Assembly (NCBI GenBank): GCA_963848305.1
Contig: CAWKDC010000001.1
Location: forward strand, 1,056,001 to 1,120,000
Direction: 5' to 3'
From: an uncultured Gammaproteobacteria bacterium
GTDB lineage: Bacteria > Pseudomonadota > Gammaproteobacteria > JABCZS01
DNA: 64,000 nucleotides
Shown piece by piece: positions 29,325 through 39,197 of this stretch (position 1 is the stretch's first letter; every line of letters begins with the position of its first letter). Under the pieces are notes generated by a model, which did no database searches, was not told the DNA's origin, and saw only the letters and a list, made by a program, of their open reading frames with translations. A program made the translations under genes and the position numbers.

Positions 29325-31601
29325 TTACTTCGTGAATGATAGGGGAATGGGCATGGCCTGGCGACTAAAATGGCTTGTGCGCCAAAATAAGATGGCGGAT
29401 TGAATAAACATCATGCCTGCACCCACGCCGGGATGATCCAATACTTCTGGATATGTAAATACGAGCGCGCCCGCAGCGCCGATCGCCAGTGCGTTGAATA
29501 TCAGATTGATCCGCAAATTCCAGTTCACGTGATTCACAGTTTTTTCAGCCATCATGAATAATATGATCACCTGATTCAATGAGGGACCCTGAAGATAAGC
29601 GCTCGCTTGCAGAATATCTTTACCCCCGACGGCAACGCCAATATTGGCTGCCTCAAATGCAACGACGTCATTGGAGCCATCTCCAAAATAAGCAACCGGG
29701 CCTTCTTTTTGAAGATCTGAAATCTTTTTGTTCTTTCCCACTCTGCCGTCTTTTTGGTCAATTGGACCACAATTGGCAAAAACATCTTCTCGATCAATGC
29801 CCCATGTATCTGTCTGCGGATAAAGATTGGCTTCTTCGGCGCCTGAAATGACAACGACTTTCTTTCCCATTTTCTTCAATGTCTCAATGACATTTTTCGC
29901 GTCGCTTCTTGGCGTATTTTTCAAGAAAAAACAGCCGACAAATTGCTTATTTTTAAGTACGAATGTTTTTCGGGTGGCGAGATCAGTTTTTTTGTTTTTG
30001 AAAAAAGTCTCCATTTCTTCTATTTTCTTTTCAATATCAGCTTCACCTTTCAAAACATGTCTCATCATTTGAATATCGCCAATCGCATAATGGTCACTGC
30101 CTACACTTCCTGAAACACCAAATGCCGGGACATTGTTATCAAGCGCACATTGAGCGGGTTTAATAGATTTTTCTGTTAAGTATGTTTGAATCGCTTTTGA
30201 AATAAGATGGTCTGATTTTTCTTCTAATGCCAACACCGCAGGGAAAATATTTTCATTATCGCAGCCATTTGATTTCCAATCCATCACTTCAAACTTTCTT
30301 TCTGTCAGCGTACCCGTGAAATCAAACGCAACTGTTTTAATATTGGAAGCAGCTTCCAGCGCCTTATCACTTTTAAAAACCACGTGGCTTTTGGCTTTGT
30401 CACGCCCGACATACATGGCCAATGAACTCAGCATGCCTATGACGCAGGGGCAAGCAACCACCAAGGTAAACAACGATACTTCGATACCATCTGACATGTC
30501 TCCGAAGTATCCTGCAAAAACGCCTAATGTTAAAGAGAGCAAGATCACTGCTGGCACAAAATACCGCATCATTGTATCTGTGAAGTTCTCGTCTTGATTG
30601 TTTGACATTTGCGCGTTTTTGATGGCCTCGGCAATCGCCTGGTCTTTGCGCGCGAGTGCGGAATCTTTTTCAAGTGCTGTGACTTTGATTTTTAAATACT
30701 CTGGGGCACCTTGATATTTTTTGTAAATCATTCCCTGACATAATGAACCATTTTTGCTGACATTGGTTGGCGAGATCTCGCCATCTTCACTTTCGGTATT
30801 GATTGAATAGTTATCTTCGCCCTCACAAATGCCATCCAATGGAATCGTATCGCCAGGCTCGATAAAAATAATATCATCTATTTCGATATCATTGAGATCA
30901 CATTCAGAAGGCTCTGTTTTTCCTTTTTTTTGACACAACCATTGTCGTTTCAAACTTGCGATCAAGGGTGACGGCGCTGTCAACTGTTGTCTTTGCCTTT
31001 CCTTATGGGCTTCATTCAAATGCGCAAACCCAAAAATCATGAGGGCTGAATCAATCAGCATCGGCATATCAATCGGAAATTCGGGATCAATGTGATGGAA
31101 AACATGAAGAATACTCACAACCAGGGCGGTTGCTGTGCTGAGGGCAATGAGCGTATACATGTTAACATGGTATCCCGCTTTCCATGCTTTCACATAAAAT
31201 TGCATACCGATGATTAACGTTAATGCACTGCCGGCTAGGGTCACACCTATCATTTCTTCATCAGAAAATTCGTCACCCCCCAGCATCATGCACATTAAAG
31301 CAAGACCGGTGGCGGTGCCTAGGATGCCTTGGATGAGATGGGGATTGAACTTTTCGGGGACTTTGCTAAATGTGACTGGGCCATAGGCGTCGAGCAGTTC
31401 TGATAATTCTTGCTCTATTTCTTCGGTATTTTTTGTGCATCCATCTCCCACATTAATAGTGACTTTTTTAAAATTCGTATCGACTAATATGTCGCCTTGA
31501 ATATCGAGTGCTTTTCTACAGTTATTTTTGATGAGATCTTTGACGGCGAGACCACAGCATCCGCCCATGCCCTCTAAATATAATTCGATTTTTTTTGGCA
31601 T
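29325..31601 (-). CDS. Divergent P1B-type (heavy-metal) ATPase
   Basis: PGDTIPLDG, ACPC, FDFTGTLT, GDGSND and TM helices; several canonical residues altered. Confidence 0.85.
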   Translation of the reverse strand: MPKKIELYLEGMGGCCGLAVKDLIKNNCRKALDIQGDILVDTNFKKVTINVGDGCTKNTEEIEQELSELLDAYGPVTFSKVPEKFNPHLIQGILGTATGLALMCMMLGGDEFSDEEMIGVTLAGSALTLIIGMQFYVKAWKAGYHVNMYTLIALSTATALVVSILHVFHHIDPEFPIDMPMLIDSALMIFGFAHLNEAHKERQRQQLTAPSPLIASLKRQWLCQKKGKTEPSECDLNDIEIDDIIFIEPGDTIPLDGICEGEDNYSINTESEDGEISPTNVSKNGSLCQGMIYKKYQGAPEYLKIKVTALEKDSALARKDQAIAEAIKNAQMSNNQDENFTDTMMRYFVPAVILLSLTLGVFAGYFGDMSDGIEVSLFTLVVACPCVIGMLSSLAMYVGRDKAKSHVVFKSDKALEAASNIKTVAFDFTGTLTERKFEVMDWKSNGCDNENIFPAVLALEEKSDHLISKAIQTYLTEKSIKPAQCALDNNVPAFGVSGSVGSDHYAIGDIQMMRHVLKGEADIEKKIEEMETFFKNKKTDLATRKTFVLKNKQFVGCFFLKNTPRSDAKNVIETLKKMGKKVVVISGAEEANLYPQTDTWGIDREDVFANCGPIDQKDGRVGKNKKISDLQKEGPVAYFGDGSNDVVAFEAANIGVAVGGKDILQASAYLQGPSLNQVIILFMMAEKTVNHVNWNLRINLIFNALAIGAAGALVFTYPEVLDHPGVGAGMMFIQSAILFWRTSHFSRQAMPIPLSFTK

Positions 31602-31630
31602 ACTTCTTGCCTTTACAATTTTATAACTTC

Positions 31631-31696
31631 TTTCGCGCTGTCAGCGCTCATTCATTGTGGCTAATATTACCCAGGGTTGCGGTGCGCTACGCGCCC
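31631..31696. repeat. Partial copy of the 29094-29319 element
   Basis: TAATATTACCCAGGGTTGCGGTGCGCTACGCGC is a near reverse complement of the left arm. Confidence 0.75.
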
Positions 31697-32320
31697 CTAC
31701 ACATTCAACAACTGATTCATCTTCGCTTTGATAATATCAATCGCAATGCGGTTTTTGCCGCCGCGGGGAACAATGATATCGGCATAACGCTTGGATGGAT
31801 CGATAAATTGCAAATACATGGGCCGCACGGTATTTTGATATTGCGTTAAAATGCTTTCGATCGTACGGTTGCGTTCAACCAAATCGCGCGTCAAACGGCG
31901 TATCAAACAAATATCCATCGGTGTATCGACATAAATGCGAATATCCATCAAATCGCGTAAGGTTTCATCCGTGAATAGCAAAATCCCCTCAAGGACAATG
32001 ATCGTATGCTGACCGACCTTACGTGTTTGCTTGGTGCGGGCATGGGTTGAATAATCATACACAGGGAGCTCAACCCCCTGACCTGCTTTGAGGGATTTTA
32101 AATGCTCAGCCAATAATGCATGATCCATGGATTCAGGGTGGTCGTAATTACGCTGTTCGCGTTGTTCGAGGGGCATGTCGCCTAAATCTTTGTAATAAGC
32201 ATCCTCAGAAATAACCGCCACTTGGCTGGAACCCATTTCATTGACGATGGTCGACGCCAATAAGCTTTTGCCAGACCCTGAGGCGCCTGCAATCCCGATA
32301 ATCACGCATTGATTCTGCAT
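31697..32320 (-). CDS. udk: Uridine kinase
   Basis: [42 protein letters not shown]. Confidence 0.97.
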   Translation of the reverse strand: MQNQCVIIGIAGASGSGKSLLASTIVNEMGSSQVAVISEDAYYKDLGDMPLEQREQRNYDHPESMDHALLAEHLKSLKAGQGVELPVYDYSTHARTKQTRKVGQHTIIVLEGILLFTDETLRDLMDIRIYVDTPMDICLIRRLTRDLVERNRTIESILTQYQNTVRPMYLQFIDPSKRYADIIVPRGGKNRIAIDIIKAKMNQLLNV

Positions 32321-32643
32321 GGTGGATGCTCCCGTTGAAAATGGTTCATTATATTCCAAGACCAGCTAGAAGTCTAGAAATGGAAAACCATGGTGATTCG
32401 GGCGGGTTTTCTGCATTCAATTTTGCCCTCTTGGCCGCCAACCTAGTCTTTGATTGTAGACGAAATGCTATTTCTTTCTCCGCTACTATCTTTGAACAGC
32501 GACAGAACCAAGCCAATGGCACCGCTTCTTCTGCGCGCCAAGAACGGCCACACCTGTACTGCCCACCAGGCCAACGCCCAGGGCTTTTAAATAAAAGCTA
32601 TTCATTCTTATCCCTCTTTTCGATGTTTTATTGAGGATTATTA

Positions 32644-33504
32644 TTAGACGCCGGCCAATTCCCCTTTGAGCTTCAGGAAGGCCGCTTCTTCCAATTGCCG
32701 CACCCGTTCTAATGAAATGCCGAAACGCTCGGCTAACGCTTTCAGGGTGACCTTCTTTTCCTTCAACCAGCGTTCACGCACAATGATCTGCTCGCGCTCA
32801 TTGAGTGAGCGCATGGCCAAATACAAACTGTCCGTTCCCGCTTGCGTTGAGGAACTGATATCAAATTGATAAGCCGGATCGGCTTCTTTGTCTTCTAATT
32901 CAGGGACGGGCAAAGCCATCATTTCGCCGCTTTCAGATTCCCATTCCAGACCCATGTCGTGACCCGTCAAACGTGATTCCATTTCCCGTACATCATTCGG
33001 GCTCACGCCCAATTCTTGGGCGACACCCGCGATGTCTTCTTCATTCATCCAACCCAAATGCTTCTTCATGCTGCGCAAATTGAAAAACAACTTGCGTTGC
33101 GCTTTTGTGGTGGCGACTCGAACGATGCGCCAGTTGCGCAGGATGAATTCATGGATTTCAGATTTGATCCAGTGCACTGCAAATGCAGCGAGGCGCACGC
33201 CTTGCGTGGGATCGAAGCGTTTAACCGCTTTCATCAAGCCGACGGTGCCTTCTTGAATCAAGTCTGCCACGGGCAACCCATAACCCAAGTAACCACGGGC
33301 CACGCGACCGACGAAGCGTAGATGAGAAAGGACGAGCTGACGAGCTGCATCAACATCTTGTTCTTTTTGAAATTTTTCGGCGAGAGCCACTTCTTCTTCT
33401 TGAGTCAGCATGGGAATGCTGTTGGCATGGGCTAGATAGGCTTCAAGACTTGCGCCAGGCAGCGTGACCTGAATGGGCTGCAAGTAATTGATTTTGTTTT
33501 GCAT
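32644..33504 (-). CDS. rpoH: RNA polymerase sigma-32
   Basis: RpoH box ATTKAQRKLFFNLR; DLIQEG; ERVRQLE. Confidence 0.97.
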   Translation of the reverse strand: MQNKINYLQPIQVTLPGASLEAYLAHANSIPMLTQEEEVALAEKFQKEQDVDAARQLVLSHLRFVGRVARGYLGYGLPVADLIQEGTVGLMKAVKRFDPTQGVRLAAFAVHWIKSEIHEFILRNWRIVRVATTKAQRKLFFNLRSMKKHLGWMNEEDIAGVAQELGVSPNDVREMESRLTGHDMGLEWESESGEMMALPVPELEDKEADPAYQFDISSSTQAGTDSLYLAMRSLNEREQIIVRERWLKEKKVTLKALAERFGISLERVRQLEEAAFLKLKGELAGV

Positions 33505-33571
33505 TTTTTCGTACCTCCTTTACAACCCTTTTAGTTTAACACTGTTTTAATTGGAGTGCTAGTCTTAATAA

Positions 33572-34219
33572 ATGGAAAAATATACTGACCGATACCAAGC
33601 AGGCCAACTCTTGGCCAAGCACTTACAAGCCTATGCCCATCAGGCAGATGCTATTGTTCTGGCATTGCCCCGCGGCGGCGTGCCTGTGGGATATGAGATT
33701 GCCCAAGCATTGGGCATCCCACTCGATATTCTGATCGTACGCAAGCTGGGTGTGCCCGGCCATGAAGAATTGGCCATGGGCGCCATTGCTTCAGGCGGCG
33801 CCATTGTCTATAACCAGGACATTATTCGCAGCATTGGGATCTCCGAACAAGCGATTCAACGCGTGATTCAATCTGAACAAGCAGAATTATCCCGTCGAGA
33901 AATAGCTTATCGACAGAATCAGCCATTCCCATCCATGACAGGCAAAAACATTATACTGGTGGATGATGGCATTGCAACCGGTTCAACTATGCTGGCGGCG
34001 ATCAAAGCATTGCGGCAACAAACACCTGCACGCATTGTGATCGCCGTGCCTGTTGCTGCGCGAGACACAGCGCAAGAGATGAAAGCATACGCAGATGATG
34101 TGATTTGTCCGCTGAAACCTGTTGATCTGCATGCTGTCGGATTATGGTATGAAGATTTTTCACAAACGACGGATGAAGAAGTATCACGATTATTAAACGA
34201 AGCCCGCAGACAAGGATAA
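33572..34219 (+). CDS. Phosphoribosyltransferase-family protein
   Basis: LALPRGGVPV, VRKLGVPGHEELAMGA, LVDDGIATG. Confidence 0.92.
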   Translation: MEKYTDRYQAGQLLAKHLQAYAHQADAIVLALPRGGVPVGYEIAQALGIPLDILIVRKLGVPGHEELAMGAIASGGAIVYNQDIIRSIGISEQAIQRVIQSEQAELSRREIAYRQNQPFPSMTGKNIILVDDGIATGSTMLAAIKALRQQTPARIVIAVPVAARDTAQEMKAYADDVICPLKPVDLHAVGLWYEDFSQTTDEEVSRLLNEARRQG

Positions 34220-34223
34220 TGCC

Positions 34224-34868
34224 ATGCATCAACATCAAGGCGTGATCATCCCCAGCCGCGCTGTGTTTTTAAATGGTTTATTGAATGTCCCTAAAAAACC
34301 ACGTGGCATTGTTTTATTTGTGCACGGCAGTGGCAGCAGTCGATTCAGCACACGCAATCAACATGTTGCAGGTGTTTTAAATGAAGCCGGTTTTGCGACA
34401 TTGTTGTTTGATCTATTAACACCGGAAGAAGATACCATCGATGAACAGACGCGCGAGTTCCGTTTTAATATTCCCCTTCTTGCAGAGCGTTTGATTGATG
34501 TCACGCATTGGTGTGACAATGAATTCGCATCACAGCCATTACCGATAGGTTATTTTGGCGCGAGCACGGGCGGCGGCGCAGCATTGATTGCTGCAGCACA
34601 ATTACCGCAAACCGTGAAAGCGGTCGTGTCACGCGGCGGAAGACCCGATTTGGCGGGAGATTATTTACCCTCTGTCAAAGCCCCCACATTATTGATCGTA
34701 GGCGGCAATGATGTAGAGGTGATCGCATTGAACCAAGCAGCAATGCAACGTTTAACCTGTGTGCATCAACTCGCGATCGTGCCTGGTGCGACACATTTGT
34801 TTGAAGAGCCCGGGACACTGGATGAAGTGGCACGATTGGCGACGCAATGGTTTAAGCAACAGTTATAG
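34224..34868 (+). CDS. Dienelactone hydrolase-family alpha/beta hydrolase
   Basis: HGSGSSR.S.RN, GYFGASTG, SRGGRPDLA, GATHLFEE. Confidence 0.92.
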   Translation: MHQHQGVIIPSRAVFLNGLLNVPKKPRGIVLFVHGSGSSRFSTRNQHVAGVLNEAGFATLLFDLLTPEEDTIDEQTREFRFNIPLLAERLIDVTHWCDNEFASQPLPIGYFGASTGGGAALIAAAQLPQTVKAVVSRGGRPDLAGDYLPSVKAPTLLIVGGNDVEVIALNQAAMQRLTCVHQLAIVPGATHLFEEPGTLDEVARLATQWFKQQL

Positions 34869-34932
34869 ACAAATAACCAGCGCTGGGCTACAATGTCCTT
34901 ATTATTAGCATAATCGTAATATAGAGGACATT

Positions 34933-35739
34933 ATGAGCCTGCCCAGATATCTTAAACAGCTAAGACAACAAGGAAATCGTTCATTTACTTTGGCCCAAAT
35001 GCTCGAAGACCTTCAGATCTCAAAGAATGCAGGATTGGTTGCAATACACCGTCTCACTCTTCAGGGGGAACTGATTAGTCCAGCAAAGGGCTTTTACGTT
35101 ATTGTCCCACCTGAACATCAATCTCAAGGTTGCATTCCCGCTGAAGAACTTGTTCCCCTGCTTATGCACCACCTAAAGGCAGAGTACTATGTTGCACTAC
35201 TGTCGGCAGCCCAATATCATGGAGCAGCTCACCAAAAACCTGGACGATTCCAAATCATCTCCAATATGAGAACTAAACACCCCCTTCGATTTGGGAATGT
35301 TCAACTTGAATTGATTCACAAAAAAAATCTTAATGAATTGCCTATTCAAAACATCGCTGTAAAAACTGGGTATCTGAAAGTTGCCAGCCCTGAACTCACT
35401 GCAATGGATCTTTTAAATTATTCGCTAAGAAGTGGTGGATTAAATCATATTGCTACGGTATTATCAGAGCTTATCGAGGTAATGGATCCAGAAAAATTAA
35501 TAAAGCTCGCTGAGGCATCAGGAGAGAAAGCATGGTTGCAAAGGCTTGGCTATATTCTTGAACAAATTGATACCATGGATCCAGAAAAAAATGTGATCCT
35601 AACGAATGCGATAAAATATTACTTAAAGGACAGACTTCATGACTATATCAGGCTAGCATCAGACATGCCAAAAGCGGGATATGAGAGGAATAAAAAATGG
35701 ATGATAATTGTTAATACGAGTATAGAGAGTGATTTATGA
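34933..35739 (+). CDS. Type IV TA antitoxin, AbiEi family
   Basis: GFYVIVPPE, YYVALLSAAQYHGAAHQ.P, SPELTA.DL, QRLGYIL. Confidence 0.88.
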   Translation: MSLPRYLKQLRQQGNRSFTLAQMLEDLQISKNAGLVAIHRLTLQGELISPAKGFYVIVPPEHQSQGCIPAEELVPLLMHHLKAEYYVALLSAAQYHGAAHQKPGRFQIISNMRTKHPLRFGNVQLELIHKKNLNELPIQNIAVKTGYLKVASPELTAMDLLNYSLRSGGLNHIATVLSELIEVMDPEKLIKLAEASGEKAWLQRLGYILEQIDTMDPEKNVILTNAIKYYLKDRLHDYIRLASDMPKAGYERNKKWMIIVNTSIESDL

Positions 35740-36518
35740 TCCCAGAAATTTATGTTGAACAGTGGCGCAAACATTCAAAATGGCAAACACTGGGGATGCT
35801 CGAACAAGACATGATTATCAGTCGAGCACTGATTTGCCTTTACAATAATTCAACAGTGAAAAGCGATTTGCTGTTTCGCGGCGGTACTGCCCTCAATAAA
35901 ATTTATATCCAACCGGCTTCACGCTACAGTGAAGACATTGATTTTGTACAGAAGCATGCCAAACCAATAGGTGAGACCCTAGACCAGATCAGAGACTCAC
36001 TTATCGATTGGCTAGGTGAGCCAAAACGAAAAATCACTCAACGTAGCGCAAAACTTGTCTACAAATATCAAAATATTGAAGGCCTTATTTCTAGATTGAA
36101 AATTGAAATAAATACAACGGAACACATCCAGATCTTGCCTATTGCAGAAATACCATTTTCAATAACATCTGAGTGGTACTCCGGGGAATGCTTGATCTCC
36201 AGTTATGCAATTGAGGAGCTTATGGCAACAAAGCTTAGAGCACTGTACCAAAGAAGAAAAGGCCGTGATTTATTTGATTTGTGGCTGATATTCAGTAAAG
36301 AACATGCAAACATTGACAATGTCATGCCAATATTTCATGAATATTGTCGCCATGAAGGTATTCACATGAGCAAGGCGTTATTTCAAAACAACCTGAGCTT
36401 AAAGCGTCTTAACGCAGACTTTCGGGTTGACATGAACACACTACTCCCCTCGAATGCTAGCTGGGATTTTGAGAAGGCATTCGATTTTGTGCAAGAAAAA
36501 ATAATCAATAAGATTTAA
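35736..36518 (+). CDS. Type IV TA toxin, AbiEii nucleotidyltransferase
   Basis: EQD..ISR, FRGGTALNK, RYSEDIDF, KLRALYQRRKGRDLFDL. Confidence 0.92.
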   Translation: MIPEIYVEQWRKHSKWQTLGMLEQDMIISRALICLYNNSTVKSDLLFRGGTALNKIYIQPASRYSEDIDFVQKHAKPIGETLDQIRDSLIDWLGEPKRKITQRSAKLVYKYQNIEGLISRLKIEINTTEHIQILPIAEIPFSITSEWYSGECLISSYAIEELMATKLRALYQRRKGRDLFDLWLIFSKEHANIDNVMPIFHEYCRHEGIHMSKALFQNNLSLKRLNADFRVDMNTLLPSNASWDFEKAFDFVQEKIINKI

Positions 36519-36547
36519 TGCGTTTTTTGGTCACATACCACTCCCGA

Positions 36548-37507
36548 TTACCTCGGCCGAATTGTGTATAAATAATGCGTTGAAGCAATCCATGCACCGA
36601 TCACGCCTAAAGCAGCGCATAACGCAATGATGCCGATTTGCGCACCCAGGGATAACCATTGTGCTTCCCACTGGCTGCCATAACTTTCTAAAACACGATC
36701 AAGTGCAGGGCTGACCATGGAAAAACTGATGCTGACCAAAATTAAACCTAACACGCTGCCAATGGTGCCTAACCAAAAACCGGCGTATAAAAACGGGCGA
36801 CGCACAAATGCGTCTGTTGCGCCGACCCATTTCGCAATCATGATGTCAGCGGTGTTCGCCATCACGGCGGAGTGAACACTGTGACCCGTCACCAATAATA
36901 AACCCGCGCTCAACAATACCGCAATCACCAATGTGATTTTCTCAATCAGTGACAATAACGCTTGTAGCCGCATCACCCAGGCCGTATCCATTTGAAATTG
37001 ATCCACACGGGGATCTGCCTTCAAAGCTCCCTCCAATCGATCAACCACGACTGAATCAAATGTTTTCGGCGTGATCAACAGTACAACAGGCAATGGATTT
37101 TCGCCCAACGATGTGACCAGATCCTTCATGCCCGAAAAGGTATTAAATTCATTCAGTGCTTCTTCAGGTGAAATCGTTTTCACAGCCAACACATCCGGGT
37201 CCTGTTGGAAGCGAATCGCTATGTCTTGCGCTTGTGTGACCGTCACCCCTTTTTGCATGAATGCGGTGATTTCTCCGCCCTTTGCCCAAGGATCCACCCA
37301 TTGCGACACATTCAGAGTAGCCCAATATAATGCCACGGGCAGACTCATGATCACCGCAAAAATACTGATCGTGAGCAATGATGTGAAGGGATTCGCGCAC
37401 AATGCTTTAAGCGTGGAGGCGGCACTTTCAACATGCGAATCGCGCCAGCGAAAAAGGCGGCTCTGCAAAGAAGGTACATGGCGTGAATGGCGTGCAGAAT
37501 GTTTCAT
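36548..37507 (-). CDS. ftsX: Cell division permease
   Basis: ENPLP, VGATDAFVRRPFLY, four TM helices; follows ftsE. Confidence 0.95.
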   Translation of the reverse strand: MKHSARHSRHVPSLQSRLFRWRDSHVESAASTLKALCANPFTSLLTISIFAVIMSLPVALYWATLNVSQWVDPWAKGGEITAFMQKGVTVTQAQDIAIRFQQDPDVLAVKTISPEEALNEFNTFSGMKDLVTSLGENPLPVVLLITPKTFDSVVVDRLEGALKADPRVDQFQMDTAWVMRLQALLSLIEKITLVIAVLLSAGLLLVTGHSVHSAVMANTADIMIAKWVGATDAFVRRPFLYAGFWLGTIGSVLGLILVSISFSMVSPALDRVLESYGSQWEAQWLSLGAQIGIIALCAALGVIGAWIASTHYLYTIRPR

Positions 37508-38175
37508 TAAGCATACTCCATGGCATCAATTAATTCACCTGAATGCAAGCGTAAAATGCGGTGCGGATGACAATCAATCAGGGTGCTATTATGCGTTGCA
37601 ATCAATACTGTCACCCCCACATCGTGAAAGCGCTCGAATAAACGCATGATTTCCAGACCCAATTCAAAATCCAAATTTCCTGTTGGTTCATCCGCAAACA
37701 AAACCGTGGGACGATTCACGACTGCGCGCGCAATACCCACACGTTGTTGTTCACCGCCAGACAACACAGATGGCATTTCAAATGCTTTATCTAATAATTT
37801 GACCGTGTCGAGTGCCGCATGCACTCGCTTCACAATTTCTTTTCGCCCAAACCCACACACCTTCAAAGGCAGCGCAACATTGTCAAATACATTTTTATCC
37901 GGCAATAGCAAATGATTTTGAAACACGATGCCGATAGATTGACGAAACGCAGCAACCCCACTGTTCGACAGGTTTGATAAATTCGTAGAGCCTACGATCA
38001 TTTTCCCGCTGGTTGGACGCTCAATCGCCGTCAATAATTTTAAGAGCGTGCTTTTGCCAGCGCCGGAATGACCCGTTAAAAAAGCCATTTCACCCCGCTC
38101 CATTTCAAACGTCACATTTTTTAAAGCGGTGATGCCTTTTGTATATTTTTTGGTGACTTGTTGACAAACAATCAT
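37507..38175 (-). CDS. ftsE: Cell division ATP-binding protein
   Basis: GHSGAGKST, LSGGEQQRVGIARA, ADEPTGNLD. Confidence 0.97.
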   Translation of the reverse strand: MIVCQQVTKKYTKGITALKNVTFEMERGEMAFLTGHSGAGKSTLLKLLTAIERPTSGKMIVGSTNLSNLSNSGVAAFRQSIGIVFQNHLLLPDKNVFDNVALPLKVCGFGRKEIVKRVHAALDTVKLLDKAFEMPSVLSGGEQQRVGIARAVVNRPTVLFADEPTGNLDFELGLEIMRLFERFHDVGVTVLIATHNSTLIDCHPHRILRLHSGELIDAMEYA

Positions 38176-38180
38176 GGATA

Positions 38181-39137
38181 TTATTCCCCTGCTGAAAAAA
38201 GTGCGTCCACAAAAACAGACCCATCAAAGGGCTCGAGGTCATCCGCTTTTTCGCCCATGCCCACAAAGCGGACTGGCAAATGGTGCGCCTGGGATAAGGC
38301 AAATACAATCCCTCCTTTTGCCGTACCATCCAATTTTGTGAGCACTAACCCATTCACGCCGACAGCCTCTTTAAAGAGTTTAGCTTGTGAGAGTGCATTT
38401 TGCCCAATCGTCGCATCCAACACCAATAAAACATCATGTGGGGCTGTGGGATCATTTTTCTTGATCACCCGCACAATTTTCTTCAATTCTTCCATGAGAT
38501 GGGATTGAGTGTGCAAACGCCCAGCTGTGTCTGCAATCACCACATCAATGCCTCGTGCTTTAGCCGCTTGCATGGCATCAAAAATCACCGCTGCACTGTC
38601 GGCACCTGATTGTTGAGCGATGACAGGCACTTGATTGCGTTCGCCCCATACTTGCAATTGTTCGACCGCAGCGGCACGGAATGTGTCCCCCGCTGCCAAC
38701 AACACGCTTTTACCTTCGGCCTGAAACCGCTTCGCCAATTTCCCAATCGTGGTTGTTTTGCCCGCACCATTGATGCCGACCATCAAAATCAAATGGGGTT
38801 TTTCAGCAAAATCAGGCCAAGGTGTTTCAGGCACCACCAGCATATTCAAGAGTTGTTCGCGTAACGCTGAAAAAACAGCCTCGCTGTCGTTGAGGGCATG
38901 TCGCTCCAAACGATCCGTTAATGCTTTAATCACGATACCTGTTGCTTCAACGCCGACATCCGCTAAAATCAGCTGTGTTTCGATGGCTTCCAGCAATTCT
39001 GCATCGATCTTTTTATGACCCAATATAATATTGGCCAAGCCATTGCTGAGTTTTTCACGGGTTTTGGTCAAGCCTTCTTTGAAACGCTGAAATAAACTCG
39101 GCTTTTCCGTTTTTTTAAAACCAAACATCTTAATCAC
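38181..39137 (-). CDS. ftsY: SRP receptor (short form without acidic A domain)
   Basis: GINGAGKTTTIGKLA, DTFRAAA, DTAGRLH, TKLDGTAKGG. Confidence 0.97.
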   Translation of the reverse strand: MIKMFGFKKTEKPSLFQRFKEGLTKTREKLSNGLANIILGHKKIDAELLEAIETQLILADVGVEATGIVIKALTDRLERHALNDSEAVFSALREQLLNMLVVPETPWPDFAEKPHLILMVGINGAGKTTTIGKLAKRFQAEGKSVLLAAGDTFRAAAVEQLQVWGERNQVPVIAQQSGADSAAVIFDAMQAAKARGIDVVIADTAGRLHTQSHLMEELKKIVRVIKKNDPTAPHDVLLVLDATIGQNALSQAKLFKEAVGVNGLVLTKLDGTAKGGIVFALSQAHHLPVRFVGMGEKADDLEPFDGSVFVDALFSAGE

Positions 39138-39197
39138 TCCAACTGTTTACTTATCGATAAAAATTCACTATCCTTCATGGGATGACAGGAGAACACC

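Noticed and set aside
32340-32634. Small gene between udk and rpoH
   Set aside because: The plus ORF lacks support; the minus strand gives only a 39-aa ORF or needs a frameshift; no recognisable family.
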